64,000 nucleotides of DNA, taken from assembly GCA_046733275.1 (NCBI GenBank), contig JBKPOW010000052.1:486-64485 (forward strand). Direction: 5' to 3'. How positions within the stretch are numbered: the first letter of the stretch is position 1; the number at the start of each line of letters is the position of its first letter. The notes below the pieces were generated by a model. The model was not told the origin of the DNA and ran no database searches. It worked only from the letters and a program-made list of their open reading frames with translations. The DNA is from Actinomycetota bacterium (GTDB taxonomy: Bacteria; Actinomycetota; Thermoleophilia; Solirubrobacterales; 70-9). The position numbers and the translations under genes were made by a program. Shown piece by piece: positions 18,118-26,741 of the stretch.

Positions 18118-19164
18118 ATGGCCGAAGGGAACGGTTCATCGCCAGGCGGCCGGTCGCGCGGCGGCTACAGGATCGCGGGCGGCGTGGGCCTGCTGATGGG
18201 CGGCGGGCTCCTGCTGGTACGTGCGGCAGGGCCCTGGCCTGGGGACGGGGTGGTCTGGCCAGCCGCGGTTGCGGCCGCGGGCGGGTTCCTGATCTGGCGG
18301 GCGCCTGCCATCGCGCCGCACCGGCGTCGTGGCTGGGCAGCGCACAGCCCCGACTCGCCGCCGCTTCCGCGCTCCCTCCCCGCGAGAGCGCTCCGCCGGC
18401 CGGAAGTCAGCCTCGGTGGCCTCGGCGTCGCGCTCGTTCTCGCCGGGGGGCTCGCCTTCCTCTGGGCGAATGGCGCGATTCGGCCGGCGGGAGAAGCGGT
18501 GCTCGCCGGCCTCGCCGTACTTGTCGCGATCGCATTGATCTTCGCTCCGTCCTGGCGACGCCTCGTCGATAGTCTGGCGGCCGAGAAAGCCGAGCGCATT
18601 CGCTCTCAGGAGCGCGCGGACGTCGGTGCCCACCTGCACGACTCGGTGCTTCAGACGTTGACGCTGATCCAGCAGAACGCGGAGGACCCGAAGCAGGTCA
18701 CCTCGCTGGCCCGCCGGCAAGAGCGCGATCTGCGCGCTTGGCTGGCCGATGGGGACCCCGCTGAAGCGGGCAATCGACTAGCCGCCGCGCTTGAGGTAGC
18801 GGCCGCCGAGGTCGAGGAGATCGCTGGTAGCTCGATCGAGGTTGTGGTTGTCGGCGATTGCTCGCTCGACGAGAGGGCGGTGGCCGTGCTCGCGGCCGCA
18901 CGCGAGGCGATGCTCAACGCTGCGAAGTTCGGCGACGAAAAGCCGGTATCGGTCTTCGCCGAGGTCGAGCAGGACGGCATCCGGGTCTTCGTCCGCGACC
19001 GCGGCCCCGGCTTCGATCCGGCCAGCGCGCCGGCGGCGCGGCGTGGCGTGCGGGAGTCGATCATCGGGCGAATGAGCCGTGCCGGAGGCAGGGCGACGGT
19101 GCGCTCCTCGTCGGCCGGGGGAACGGAGGTCGAGATCACGGTGAGTCGCAAAGGAAGGTCGTGA
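18118..19164 (+). CDS. Sensor histidine kinase (HisKA_3/NarL-partner type)
   Basis: H-box RADVGAHLHDSVLQTL and a C-terminal HATPase region (NAAKFG, DRGPGFD, GGTEVEI). The ATG at 18118 is internal to the track ORF. Confidence 0.85.
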   Translation: MAEGNGSSPGGRSRGGYRIAGGVGLLMGGGLLLVRAAGPWPGDGVVWPAAVAAAGGFLIWRAPAIAPHRRRGWAAHSPDSPPLPRSLPARALRRPEVSLGGLGVALVLAGGLAFLWANGAIRPAGEAVLAGLAVLVAIALIFAPSWRRLVDSLAAEKAERIRSQERADVGAHLHDSVLQTLTLIQQNAEDPKQVTSLARRQERDLRAWLADGDPAEAGNRLAAALEVAAAEVEEIAGSSIEVVVVGDCSLDERAVAVLAAAREAMLNAAKFGDEKPVSVFAEVEQDGIRVFVRDRGPGFDPASAPAARRGVRESIIGRMSRAGGRATVRSSSAGGTEVEITVSRKGRS

Positions 19165-19817
19165 GCGTCGTGGCATCCCCGCGAGTCCTGATCGTCGACG
19201 ATCACGCCCTCTTCCGGGCGGGAGTTCGCCAGGCGCTCGACAAGGAGATTGAGGTCGTCGGGGAGTGCGGGACGGTGGATGAAGCCGTCAGGGCAATCGG
19301 GGGGCTCGAGCCGGACGTCGTTCTGCTCGATGTCCACATGCCAGCCGGTGGTGGAGTCGAGGTGATACGGCGGGTGGCGGAGAGCCGGCCGCAGGTTCGC
19401 TTTTTGGCGCTCTCGGTCAGCGATGCGGCCGAGGATGTGATCGCGGTCATTCGCGCGGGCGCCCGCGGCTACGTCACCAAGACGATCTCCACGGCCGAGC
19501 TGATCGACGCGGTGCGCCGTGTGAACGAGGGAGACGCCGTCTTCTCACCTCGACTGGCCGGCTTCGTGCTCGACGCGTTCGCCGACGAGTTCTCGCCTGC
19601 GCAGGTGGACCCCGAGCTTGACCTGCTGACGCCACGTGAGCGAGAGGTGCTGCAGCACATCGCACGCGGGTACATGTACAAGGAGATCGCTGCCCAATTG
19701 GGAATCTCAGTGAAGACCGTCGAGGCGCACGTATCCGCCGTGCTTCGCAAGCTCCAGCTATCCAGTCGCCATGAGCTGAGCCGCTGGGCGACTCAGCGGC
19801 GGCTGGTCGAGGAGTAA
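19161..19817 (+). CDS. NarL/LuxR-family response regulator
   Basis: VLIVDDHALFR, DVVLLDVHMP and LTPREREVLQHIARGYMYKEIAAQLGISVKTVEAHV. GTGA overlap with the kinase. Confidence 0.9.
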   Translation: MSVVASPRVLIVDDHALFRAGVRQALDKEIEVVGECGTVDEAVRAIGGLEPDVVLLDVHMPAGGGVEVIRRVAESRPQVRFLALSVSDAAEDVIAVIRAGARGYVTKTISTAELIDAVRRVNEGDAVFSPRLAGFVLDAFADEFSPAQVDPELDLLTPREREVLQHIARGYMYKEIAAQLGISVKTVEAHVSAVLRKLQLSSRHELSRWATQRRLVEE

Positions 19818-19895
19818 GCAGGCCTCACCGGTCGCCGGATGCGGTTGTCGGTAGACGTGATCCTTGTTCACCGTGCTTCCCGGCGGTGTCTTTAC

Positions 19896-20220
19896 GGAAT
19901 CAAACCGTCATCTCGGATCTCGGGCACTCCAATGCCGGAGTGCCCGAATCGCTGCATATCGGCTCACATCCGCCACATATTGTTTTTTTGATCGAGGCAG
20001 TCTATCCGCTTGGCACGAAATCCCTGCAAATAAACACTATTCGCTGTCTGCCGACTTGGGAGACCGGCCTAATTGCCATGCAGAAGGTCGAGGGTTCGAA
20101 TCCCTTCAGCCGCTTTTTCGCAAATGCCCTGCACGTGGGGGGGGTCGGGCTCGGCGCGGGTCGCCGAAACAAGATCAAACCATCCCCGCATATCGCCTCC
20201 ATTTTGGGCACTAGTTGGCC
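19896..20220 (+). repeat. Composite module B: L-type hairpin, spacer, tRNA-Gly 3' half, spacer, R-type box
   Basis: Hairpin at 19922-19945, tRNA fragment at 20073-20114 and GGCACTAGT at 20207-15. It is collinear with 23545-23910. Confidence 0.75.
20073..20114 (+). other. Duplicate of tRNA-Gly positions 32-73 (att-core-like)
   Basis: 42/42 identical to 2854-2895 by direct comparison. Homology starts in the anticodon loop. Confidence 0.9.
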
Positions 20221-20307
20221 CGCCCACACACGTTGTGAACGCCTGAGAGGCATCCGGGCCCTCCAAGAGTCTTGTGGTTCTGACGCCCAAGCAAGAGGAG
20301 GACCCGG

Positions 20308-20646
20308 ATGAAGGTTCACGGTAACGCTGCTCTCGGACCAGCGGGAAGTCTCGCGCTGGTGCAGGCGACAGCTCATCGCTGGTGGCACCGTTGGCGAATG
20401 GCGAACGATGAGGAGCGTCGCGCCGGTCGCCGGGTGGCGGATCGGCCAAGCACACCGCACCGCCATCCTCGACGCCTCACCCCGGCTGAGGAGGAGTCGA
20501 TCCTGCGTGCCCGCCGTGAGACCCGGCCTCGGCCCGGGCCGAGGCCGGGGACCTCTGGCCGAGGTCTGCCGTCGGCCGCGCTCGACCTGTTGGAGCGGGC
20601 GAAGGACTACGCCAAGGCCGAGCAGCTCGGGCTAGAGCTGACTTAG
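20308..20646 (+). pseudogene. IS481-family transposase N-terminal remnant
   Basis: HGNAALGPAGSLALVQ..AHRWWHRWR..DRPSTPHRHPRRLTPAEEESILRARRE. No integrase core follows. Confidence 0.55.
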
Positions 20647-20725
20647 CAAGCGAGTTCCTTCAGCCACTCGGCCACCTCTCCGAGCCCGAAACCATAGCGT
20701 CGCCCATGGGGGTGCGGCTCGCTGG

Positions 20726-22159
20726 TCAGGAATGCCGTGAGCGAATGACCACGCGGGCCCCGCGCGAGGGGCTCATCGTCACGTTGCGATGCAGGGCGCG
20801 CTCGGGAGCCGGATCCTCGGCTTCGAGGTCGAGACGGCGTGCCATCGCCTCCAAGACGACGCGCTGCTCGGCCATCGCCAGCGCCGCGCCGAGGCAGCGG
20901 CGGATGCCACCACCGAAGGGGATCCACTCATAGGTCCCGGGCTTGCGCCCGAGCCAGCGCTCGGGGCGGAACTCGAACGGCTCGCGATAGAGGTCCTCGC
21001 GGTGATGGACGAGCAGAACGCTGATCAGCAGCTGGGTCTCGGGGGGCACCGCGTAGGGCCCGAGGCGCCAGGGGACCTTCACCTGCCGGCCGATCATCGG
21101 GATCACCGGTCGCGAGCGCATCGCCTCGACGATCGTCGCCTCTAGCTGCTCGGCCGAGTCGCCTTCGCTGCGGACCGTCTCGCGCAGGGCCTCGTGCGCG
21201 GCCGGGTTGCGGACCAGCCGCTCCCAGGTCCAGGCCAGCTGATTGGCGGTGGTCTCATGCCCGGCGAGGACCAAGGTGAGAAGCTCGTCGCGCAGTTCTT
21301 TATCGCTCAGCGCCTCGCCCTCCTCGGTGCGCGCCTGCAACAGCAGCGAGAGGATGTCGCGTCGCTCGTCCAGATCATCGGCGCGGCGGCGTTGCTCGAT
21401 GACGGCGTAGAACAGGCGGTCGACCAGCTCGATGCCGGCACGGACCGGGCCGACTGTCCCCTTGCGGCTGAGATCGATCAATTCGCCGATCTGCACCAAG
21501 GGCCAGGTGGAGGCCGCGGTGATCCGCTGGGTTGCGATGCGCAGCCAGTGCTCTGGTGTGCCACGTTCGGGCCTGCCATCGATACCGAAGACCCCGGCCA
21601 TGATTACGTCGAGCGTTATCGCCTGCATGCTCGGCGCCAGGGCAAAGGGCTTGCCGAGTGGCCAGCCGTCGATCTCGCGTTCGACGGCGTCGGCGATCAT
21701 CTGTGTGTACTGCTCGATTGCCTCGCCATGGAAGGGCGGCAGCAGCAGTTTGCGTTGACGCATGTGGCGAGGACCGACCGCGGTGAGGACCGAGTTGGGA
21801 CCGATGACGACCCGCACCGGCGAGTCACCGGTAAGCGAAGGTGCCTGCTCGGGCTTCGCGGTGAAGAGTGAGCGCACGTGGTCGGGGTGGCTGGTGATCA
21901 CCGCCCCTGGGCCGGGCAACACAGCACGCATGCGGAAAACTTCGCCCAGCTCGCGCCGCGCGCGGAAGACAAACTCGATCTGGCGCTGGGTGAAGCGCAG
22001 GGTCTGGAGCGGCCGCGCCTGCATGATCGCGGGCGGCTCCGGCAGGCCCACTGCTTCGCCAGGCTCGAGTGGGCCGGCGGGGGAGGGGGGCGCCTCGCCG
22101 ACGAGGCCGTTCGGGGGCTGGGTCTCGGGCGATGCTATGGGATCGGCCAGCTGGGTCAT
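20726..22159 (-). CDS. Cytochrome P450, close paralog of 9389..10807 in inverted orientation
   Basis: AGHETTA, EAMR and FGGGIRRCLGAALAMAEQRVVLEAMARRLDL, which is nearly identical to the first P450. Confidence 0.9.
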   Translation of the reverse strand: MTQLADPIASPETQPPNGLVGEAPPSPAGPLEPGEAVGLPEPPAIMQARPLQTLRFTQRQIEFVFRARRELGEVFRMRAVLPGPGAVITSHPDHVRSLFTAKPEQAPSLTGDSPVRVVIGPNSVLTAVGPRHMRQRKLLLPPFHGEAIEQYTQMIADAVEREIDGWPLGKPFALAPSMQAITLDVIMAGVFGIDGRPERGTPEHWLRIATQRITAASTWPLVQIGELIDLSRKGTVGPVRAGIELVDRLFYAVIEQRRRADDLDERRDILSLLLQARTEEGEALSDKELRDELLTLVLAGHETTANQLAWTWERLVRNPAAHEALRETVRSEGDSAEQLEATIVEAMRSRPVIPMIGRQVKVPWRLGPYAVPPETQLLISVLLVHHREDLYREPFEFRPERWLGRKPGTYEWIPFGGGIRRCLGAALAMAEQRVVLEAMARRLDLEAEDPAPERALHRNVTMSPSRGARVVIRSRHS

Positions 22160-22163
22160 TAGC

Positions 22164-22574
22164 TCAAAGGCGGCGGCTACGCCGGATCATCCACCAGCCG
22201 ACCAGCGGCACGGCGGGAAAGCCCGAGCGCGGTATGAAGGCGGTGCTGACGGCGCCGAGCCCGATCACGGCCCGGCCGCTTCGTCGCAGCGCTCTGGCAT
22301 CCCCGCGCCCCTCCGCGGCCTCGATCAGATGGCCGAGCAAGCCCATCATCGGCGCCGCGAAGAGAAACCAGAACGCCGCCGCGCGGCCGTCTTGGGAATG
22401 GGCTCGCTGAAAGACGCCGTCTCCTACCGAGTCGGCGATCCCCTCCCTGGCCAGCTCCGCAAGCGGCTTTCGATAGGCGAAGAGCCCCCAGGCCACGTGC
22501 CCGCAGCCCATTGCCTGGATCGCCCGCCCGGGAGAGTCGATTCCGCCTGCCATGGCGGCTAGGCTAACATACAT
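22164..22574 (-). CDS. Small integral membrane protein (start uncertain)
   Basis: Hydrophobic segments. Divergent from the TetR gene with only 2 nt between the annotated starts, so the true start is probably internal. Confidence 0.45.
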   Translation of the reverse strand: MYVSLAAMAGGIDSPGRAIQAMGCGHVAWGLFAYRKPLAELAREGIADSVGDGVFQRAHSQDGRAAAFWFLFAAPMMGLLGHLIEAAEGRGDARALRRSGRAVIGLGAVSTAFIPRSGFPAVPLVGWWMIRRSRRL

Positions 22575-22576
22575 AC

Positions 22577-23179
22577 GTGCATGTAAGTCAAGATGAGCGC
22601 CGCGCTCGCAGCAGTGCCGCTTTGCTCGAATCCGCCGCTCGCGGGATCTCTCGCTATGGCTACGGCAACCTCGTGCTCGAGCGCGTTGCCGCCGAGGCCG
22701 GCTACACCCGTGGCGCCATCTACCACCAGTTCGCCGGCAAGGAGGAACTTGCCCTGGCCGTGGTCGAGTGGGTCTCGGAGGGTTGGCTGGCGGAGGTGGC
22801 CGGCCCCGCCGAGGCGCTGGCGGACCCGCTGCAGGCGCTGCTCGCTCTCGCCCGCGGCCACGCCGTCTACTGCCGTCGCGACATCGCCCGGGTGCTCGTC
22901 TCCCTACGCGTCGAGTTCGGCGGTCGCGATCATCCCGTCGGCGCCGCCGTCGAGGCCGCTTATGAGACGCTCCTCGTCCTCTGCGGCGACCTGATCGCCG
23001 CGGCTCGCCATGACGGCACGATCCCCGGTGGACCGCCGCCGCGCACGATGGCGCTGGCCTTCGTCGGGGCGGTCGAAGGGCTGGTCATGCAGCTCTATGG
23101 CCACGAGCCCGATGACGAGCTGCTGGCCGAGCGAGCCGTGCTGGGCCTTCTCGCTGCAGATCCGCCGCCCTCTGTCTGA
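22577..23179 (+). CDS. TetR-family transcriptional regulator
   Basis: LLESAARGISRYGYGNLVLERVAAEAGYTRGAIYHQFAGKEEL. Confidence 0.85.
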   Translation: MHVSQDERRARSSAALLESAARGISRYGYGNLVLERVAAEAGYTRGAIYHQFAGKEELALAVVEWVSEGWLAEVAGPAEALADPLQALLALARGHAVYCRRDIARVLVSLRVEFGGRDHPVGAAVEAAYETLLVLCGDLIAAARHDGTIPGGPPPRTMALAFVGAVEGLVMQLYGHEPDDELLAERAVLGLLAADPPPSV

Positions 23180-23269
23180 GGGCCGACGGGGGCACTATGA
23201 CCCTGGCGACGACGAGAAGCTTGTCCAGCCCCTGCGTCACGCCAGGCGTGACGGCCGGGAGCCGCGGCG

Positions 23270-23493
23270 TCACGCGGCGACGGTGACTCGCTCGATCTCT
23301 ACCGGCCCCGGGATTGGGTCGCCGTGCGCGACGAGCGACTCGATGTAGACCTCGATCGCCTCGCGGATCATTGATAGGGCCTCTTCGCGGGTCTCGCCTG
23401 GCTCGTGCAGCCTGGGAGAGCGGGGACGGCCACGCTGAATCCACCCTCGGTCTCAGGCGTCAGCACGACCTCGTACTCGCGAGAAGTGGACAT
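23270..23493 (-). pseudogene. HicB-like (UPF0150) antitoxin with a 1-nt frameshift
   Basis: The reverse strand reads MSTSREYEVVLTPETEGGFSVAVPALPGCTSQ, then shifts frame and resumes GETREEALSMIREAIEVYIESLVAHGDPIP. Confidence 0.7.
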
Positions 23494-23544
23494 CGGGTTT
23501 TCAGCTTACCCGCCTGAGGCTGCCGATTGCGGTTGCCGGACCAG

Positions 23545-23910
23545 GGAAATGAAACCGCCACCTCGAGTTTCGGGCACTCGAGCGCACGAGTGCCCGAATG
23601 GCTGCATATCGGCGCACATCCGCACACATTCCCGAACCGCAGCCATCTGGGGCGCCGCTGTGAAATCCCTGCAATTGCGCATATTCGCTGTTGGCCGGGG
23701 TCAGAGACAGGCCTAAATTGCCATGCAGAAGGTCGTGGGTTCGAATCCCATCAGCCGCTTTTTCGCGAATCCCCTGCACGTGGGTGGGTCGGGCTCGGCG
23801 GGGGTCGCCGAAACAAGATCGAACCATCCCCGCATATCGCCGTTATTCCAGGCACTAATGCGCATTAGTGCCTGGAACCGCCCGAATGCGCGGCGATTGG
23901 CGCCGATTCC
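23545..23910 (+). repeat. Composite module C: L-type hairpin, spacer, tRNA-Gly 3' half, spacer, 28-nt perfect palindrome
   Basis: Hairpin at 23572-23595, tRNA fragment at 23718-23759 and palindrome CCAGGCACTAATGCGCATTAGTGCCTGG at 23847-23874. Confidence 0.75.
23718..23759 (+). other. Second duplicate of the tRNA-Gly 3' half, with a compensatory T-stem swap
   Basis: 40/42 identical to 2854-2895. The A-to-T and T-to-A changes fall on a paired T-stem position. Confidence 0.85.
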
Positions 23911-23967
23911 GTCTTGCATTGATCTCGTGGTAGCGGTAACGGGCGGCCGGCGAGGTACCCTGGCCCT

Positions 23968-24201
23968 ATGGCCCAGGAGCGAATCACTGTCGACCCGAAC
24001 CGGATGCGTGGCCTGCCCTGCATCCGCGACACCCGCGTCACCGTCAGCGCGGTGCTCGGCCAGCTTGCCGCTGGCGCCGGTATGGACAAGCTGCTGTCCG
24101 ACTACTCTTACCTGGAACGCGAGGACGTCCTTGCCGCGCTCGAATACGCAGCAGCCGCTGCACAGGAGCGCGAGCTGGCAGTTGTAGCTCCGGCAGCGTG
24201 A
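23968..24201 (+). CDS. DUF433-family antitoxin-like protein
   Basis: ITVDPNRMRGLPCIRDTRVTVSAVL...YLEREDVLAALEYA. Confidence 0.8.
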   Translation: MAQERITVDPNRMRGLPCIRDTRVTVSAVLGQLAAGAGMDKLLSDYSYLEREDVLAALEYAAAAAQERELAVVAPAA

Positions 24202-24225
24202 AGCTGCTCCTTGACCCACGTTGAC

Positions 24226-24843
24226 ATGCCTTCAGAAGCAGAACGCGTAATTGTCTGCCCTCACTGTGACCGACCAGCGACGGCCAGGGTCAAGGGTGAG
24301 GCCATATGGGATGGCTTCAACCGTGACGGAGAACGCGTCGATCCGGCCGCTGAGTGGACGCTAGTTCAATGCACGAATTGCTTGATGCCGAGTCTGCAAG
24401 TGCGGGAGGACTATGGCGGAGGATTCGAGGGCGACGAGCCAGTCTTCATCTACCCGGCACCACGCCGGCTCAGCCCCCAGATCCCCTCCCCGTTGCGCCG
24501 TGAGTGGGAAGAAGCCAAGTCATGTTTCGATGCCAAGGCGTATTCCGCTTGCACCGTAATGGTTCGCAGAACCGTCGAGGGGGCCTGCATGGAACTCGGC
24601 GTAAAGAAAAGAACGCTTGCCATGAGTTTGAAAGAGCTGCAGAACAAGGGGCTGATCGACGGCACCCTCGCCGAATGGGCCACTGCGCTTCGAGTCGCCG
24701 GAAATCAGGGGGCGCATTACACGGGCGAGCCTGTTGCCCGTGACGACGCCGAGGACTCCCTCGCCTTCGCCGAGGCGCTCCTGGATCACGTGTACGTACT
24801 CCGCAAGCGCTTCGAGGCATTCAAAGAACGACTCGATAAATAG
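24226..24843 (+). CDS. DUF4145-domain protein with an N-terminal CxxC...CxxC zinc-ribbon-like region
   Basis: CPHC..CTNC. C-terminal EAKSCFDAKAYSACTVMVRRTVEG...LRVAGNQGAHY. Confidence 0.65.
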   Translation: MPSEAERVIVCPHCDRPATARVKGEAIWDGFNRDGERVDPAAEWTLVQCTNCLMPSLQVREDYGGGFEGDEPVFIYPAPRRLSPQIPSPLRREWEEAKSCFDAKAYSACTVMVRRTVEGACMELGVKKRTLAMSLKELQNKGLIDGTLAEWATALRVAGNQGAHYTGEPVARDDAEDSLAFAEALLDHVYVLRKRFEAFKERLDK

Positions 24844-25069
24844 TTGTCTACTTGCCTTCGCGGGATCCGGGTAGTTCGTTGGCGTGAAGAAGGTACCGTC
24901 GAGGGCTGTCATCTGGAGCGGTGCGAACAGGAGGATGTCCGGCTGACGATGGATGAGTCAAATGGGAAACGCGCTCCACAATGTCGGGAGCTTCTGGCGA
25001 GAAGTTCTCGAATGCACGCGGCTCTCCCCATGTGACCGACCCGCCGCCTAAGGGGCCAGAATTCTAGTC

Positions 25070-25578
25070 GTGCTCTATCCCAATCTCGCCGCCGTCCTGC
25101 CGGTCGCCGATGGCGGCGGATTCACGCTAGTCCTAGGCGCCTACGGGGCGATTGTCTCGACGCTGCTCGCCGTCTGGCAGTTGCTCCGTGATCGCCCCGG
25201 GGTGAAGTTGCGCCTGACCCCGACCATGTCGAATATGCGCCGGAAACCGAGGCCGGCGCTGCGCTCACGCGCGACTTCTGGGAGGTCCGGGTCGTCAATC
25301 ACCGGAAGCGGCCAATCACGATCCGGCGAGGCGGCCTACTCGGCGACCATGGCCAGCACATCAACGCTCGGATCGTTGATCCCTATGCGATTGACGAGGG
25401 TCGCCCGAGGTGGATCGAACCCTTCCCCAAGACGCTCACCGACGGGACCAGCTTTTCGTTCTTCCTCGAAGCTGACTTCCGGCGTGACCGCGACCAGATG
25501 GGCGCCTACGTCCTGGACGACCTCGACCGGGACTTCCGGGCCTACTCGCCGTCGTTCTCACCCCGCCGGCTACGCTGA
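25070..25578 (+). pseudogene. Frameshifted membrane-anchored hypothetical protein
   Basis: The N-terminal TM segment is in the frame of ORF 25070. From about 25220 a protein-like sequence (DHVEYAPETEAG..FWEVRVVNHRKRPITIRRGG..) is open in another frame to TGA at 25576-78 and has no start codon. Confidence 0.55.
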
Positions 25579-25798
25579 ATGGAGGGCGCGGCGCAGGTTC
25601 GAAAAGGCGGTTGGGGGCAAGGCGACGCTCCTGCGGGAGTGGCGCCCCTGGCGGTGGCGGCGCCCCCGGTGGTAACGAGTTCGTCGAGGGCAGAGCCGTG
25701 GCTGATCCTCGTCGCGATCAACTTCGGAGGGCGGGACAACCTCTGCGCGTCGGCTGCATGAAGTCGATGCCCTACGTCATACCCTATACTTCCTTGTC

Positions 25799-26035
25799 AT
25801 GCGCAAGACCAGCATCTACCTAGATGACGAGCAGGCGGACCGGCTCGCCCGTCTGGCCCGGGCAGAGGGCCGGCCCCAGGCAGAGATCGTCCGCGACGCG
25901 ATCTCCTGCTATCGGCCCAGGCCCGAGCGGGACCGGAACTTTGCTCTCGCCGGTAACTTCGAGCGCATTGATACCGCTTCTAGGCCGATCTCGGAGATTC
26001 CGGAGGCCGAGTTGATGCACGGCTTTGGCGAGTGA
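25799..26035 (+). CDS. Ribbon-helix-helix (CopG/VapB-type) antitoxin
   Basis: MRKTSIYLDDEQADRLARLARAEGRPQAEIVRDAI. Confidence 0.8.
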   Translation: MRKTSIYLDDEQADRLARLARAEGRPQAEIVRDAISCYRPRPERDRNFALAGNFERIDTASRPISEIPEAELMHGFGE

Positions 26036-26454
26036 CGCTCGTCCTCGACGCGGCGCCGCTGGTGGCATTGGCAGACGCCAAGGAGCCTCAGCTCGAGGCG
26101 CTGCTGAGAATCCGTAAGGAGGAGGAAGGTCAACTAATCTTGCCGGCACCGGTCGCGGCCGAGGTCGACTACCTGCTCGGTGTCCGCTTTGGCGAAGCGG
26201 CTCGACGCGCCTTCCTCAGCGATCTCGCTGCGCAGCGCTATGACGTTGCCTGCCTTGAAGCCGGCGACTACCGGGCGGTTGCCGAGCTCGACGCCCGCTA
26301 CTCCGATCTCGGCCTCGGACTGGCTGACTGCTCGATCATGGTTCTCGCGGAGCGCTACGAGACGCAACGTCTGCTCACCTTCGATGAACGGCATTTCCGA
26401 GCGGTCAGGCCACTTCAAGGTGGGGCGTTCGAGTTGCTGCCGGTGGATTTCTAG
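26032..26454 (+). CDS. vapC: PIN-domain toxin (VapC-type)
   Basis: GTGA overlap with the antitoxin. LVLDAAPLVAL, GLGLADCSIMVLAER and LLTFDERHF. Confidence 0.85.
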   Translation: MTLVLDAAPLVALADAKEPQLEALLRIRKEEEGQLILPAPVAAEVDYLLGVRFGEAARRAFLSDLAAQRYDVACLEAGDYRAVAELDARYSDLGLGLADCSIMVLAERYETQRLLTFDERHFRAVRPLQGGAFELLPVDF

Positions 26455-26596
26455 CCAGGCGCGCTGTCGGGCTCATTCGCCAACCCGCCGAAATCGCTAT
26501 TCGAACCGGTCCTGGCGGGACCGAAAGTGCCCAAAAATGCCGCTCCGCGAAGGCTTCGGTATAGCAGTGCACCCGGCCGAGACCTGATCGCACCCG

Positions 26597-26722
26597 GTCA
26601 CGGAGCGACTCCTCAAAGAGGCAGGGCACGACGCTGTCCATGTCGGGGACGTTGGCTGCTAAGCGCGCCCCGATCCGGAGGACCCTGTGTCAGGTCGTGC
26701 AATTGTCAGCCAGCGGCGATAA
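26597..26722 (+). pseudogene. DUF5615 (Mut7-C/PIN-like) toxin remnant with an in-frame stop
   Basis: VTERLLKEAGHDAVHVGDVGC*ARPDPEDPVSGRAIVSQRR, with no start codon. Confidence 0.4.
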
Positions 26723-26741
26723 TGTCGATTAATGGGACGAG

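Noticed and set aside
20073-20114. The tRNA-like fragments at 20073 and 23718 as functional tRNA genes.
   Set aside because: Only positions 32-73 are present. There is no acceptor 5' strand or D arm upstream, so they cannot fold into a tRNA.
23085-23444. Track ORF 23085..23444 (-) and the region 23180-23270 as a HicA toxin partner of the HicB remnant.
   Set aside because: No translation shows the HicA dsRBD-like motif. The ORF is Arg/Pro-rich and overlaps the better-supported HicB frames.
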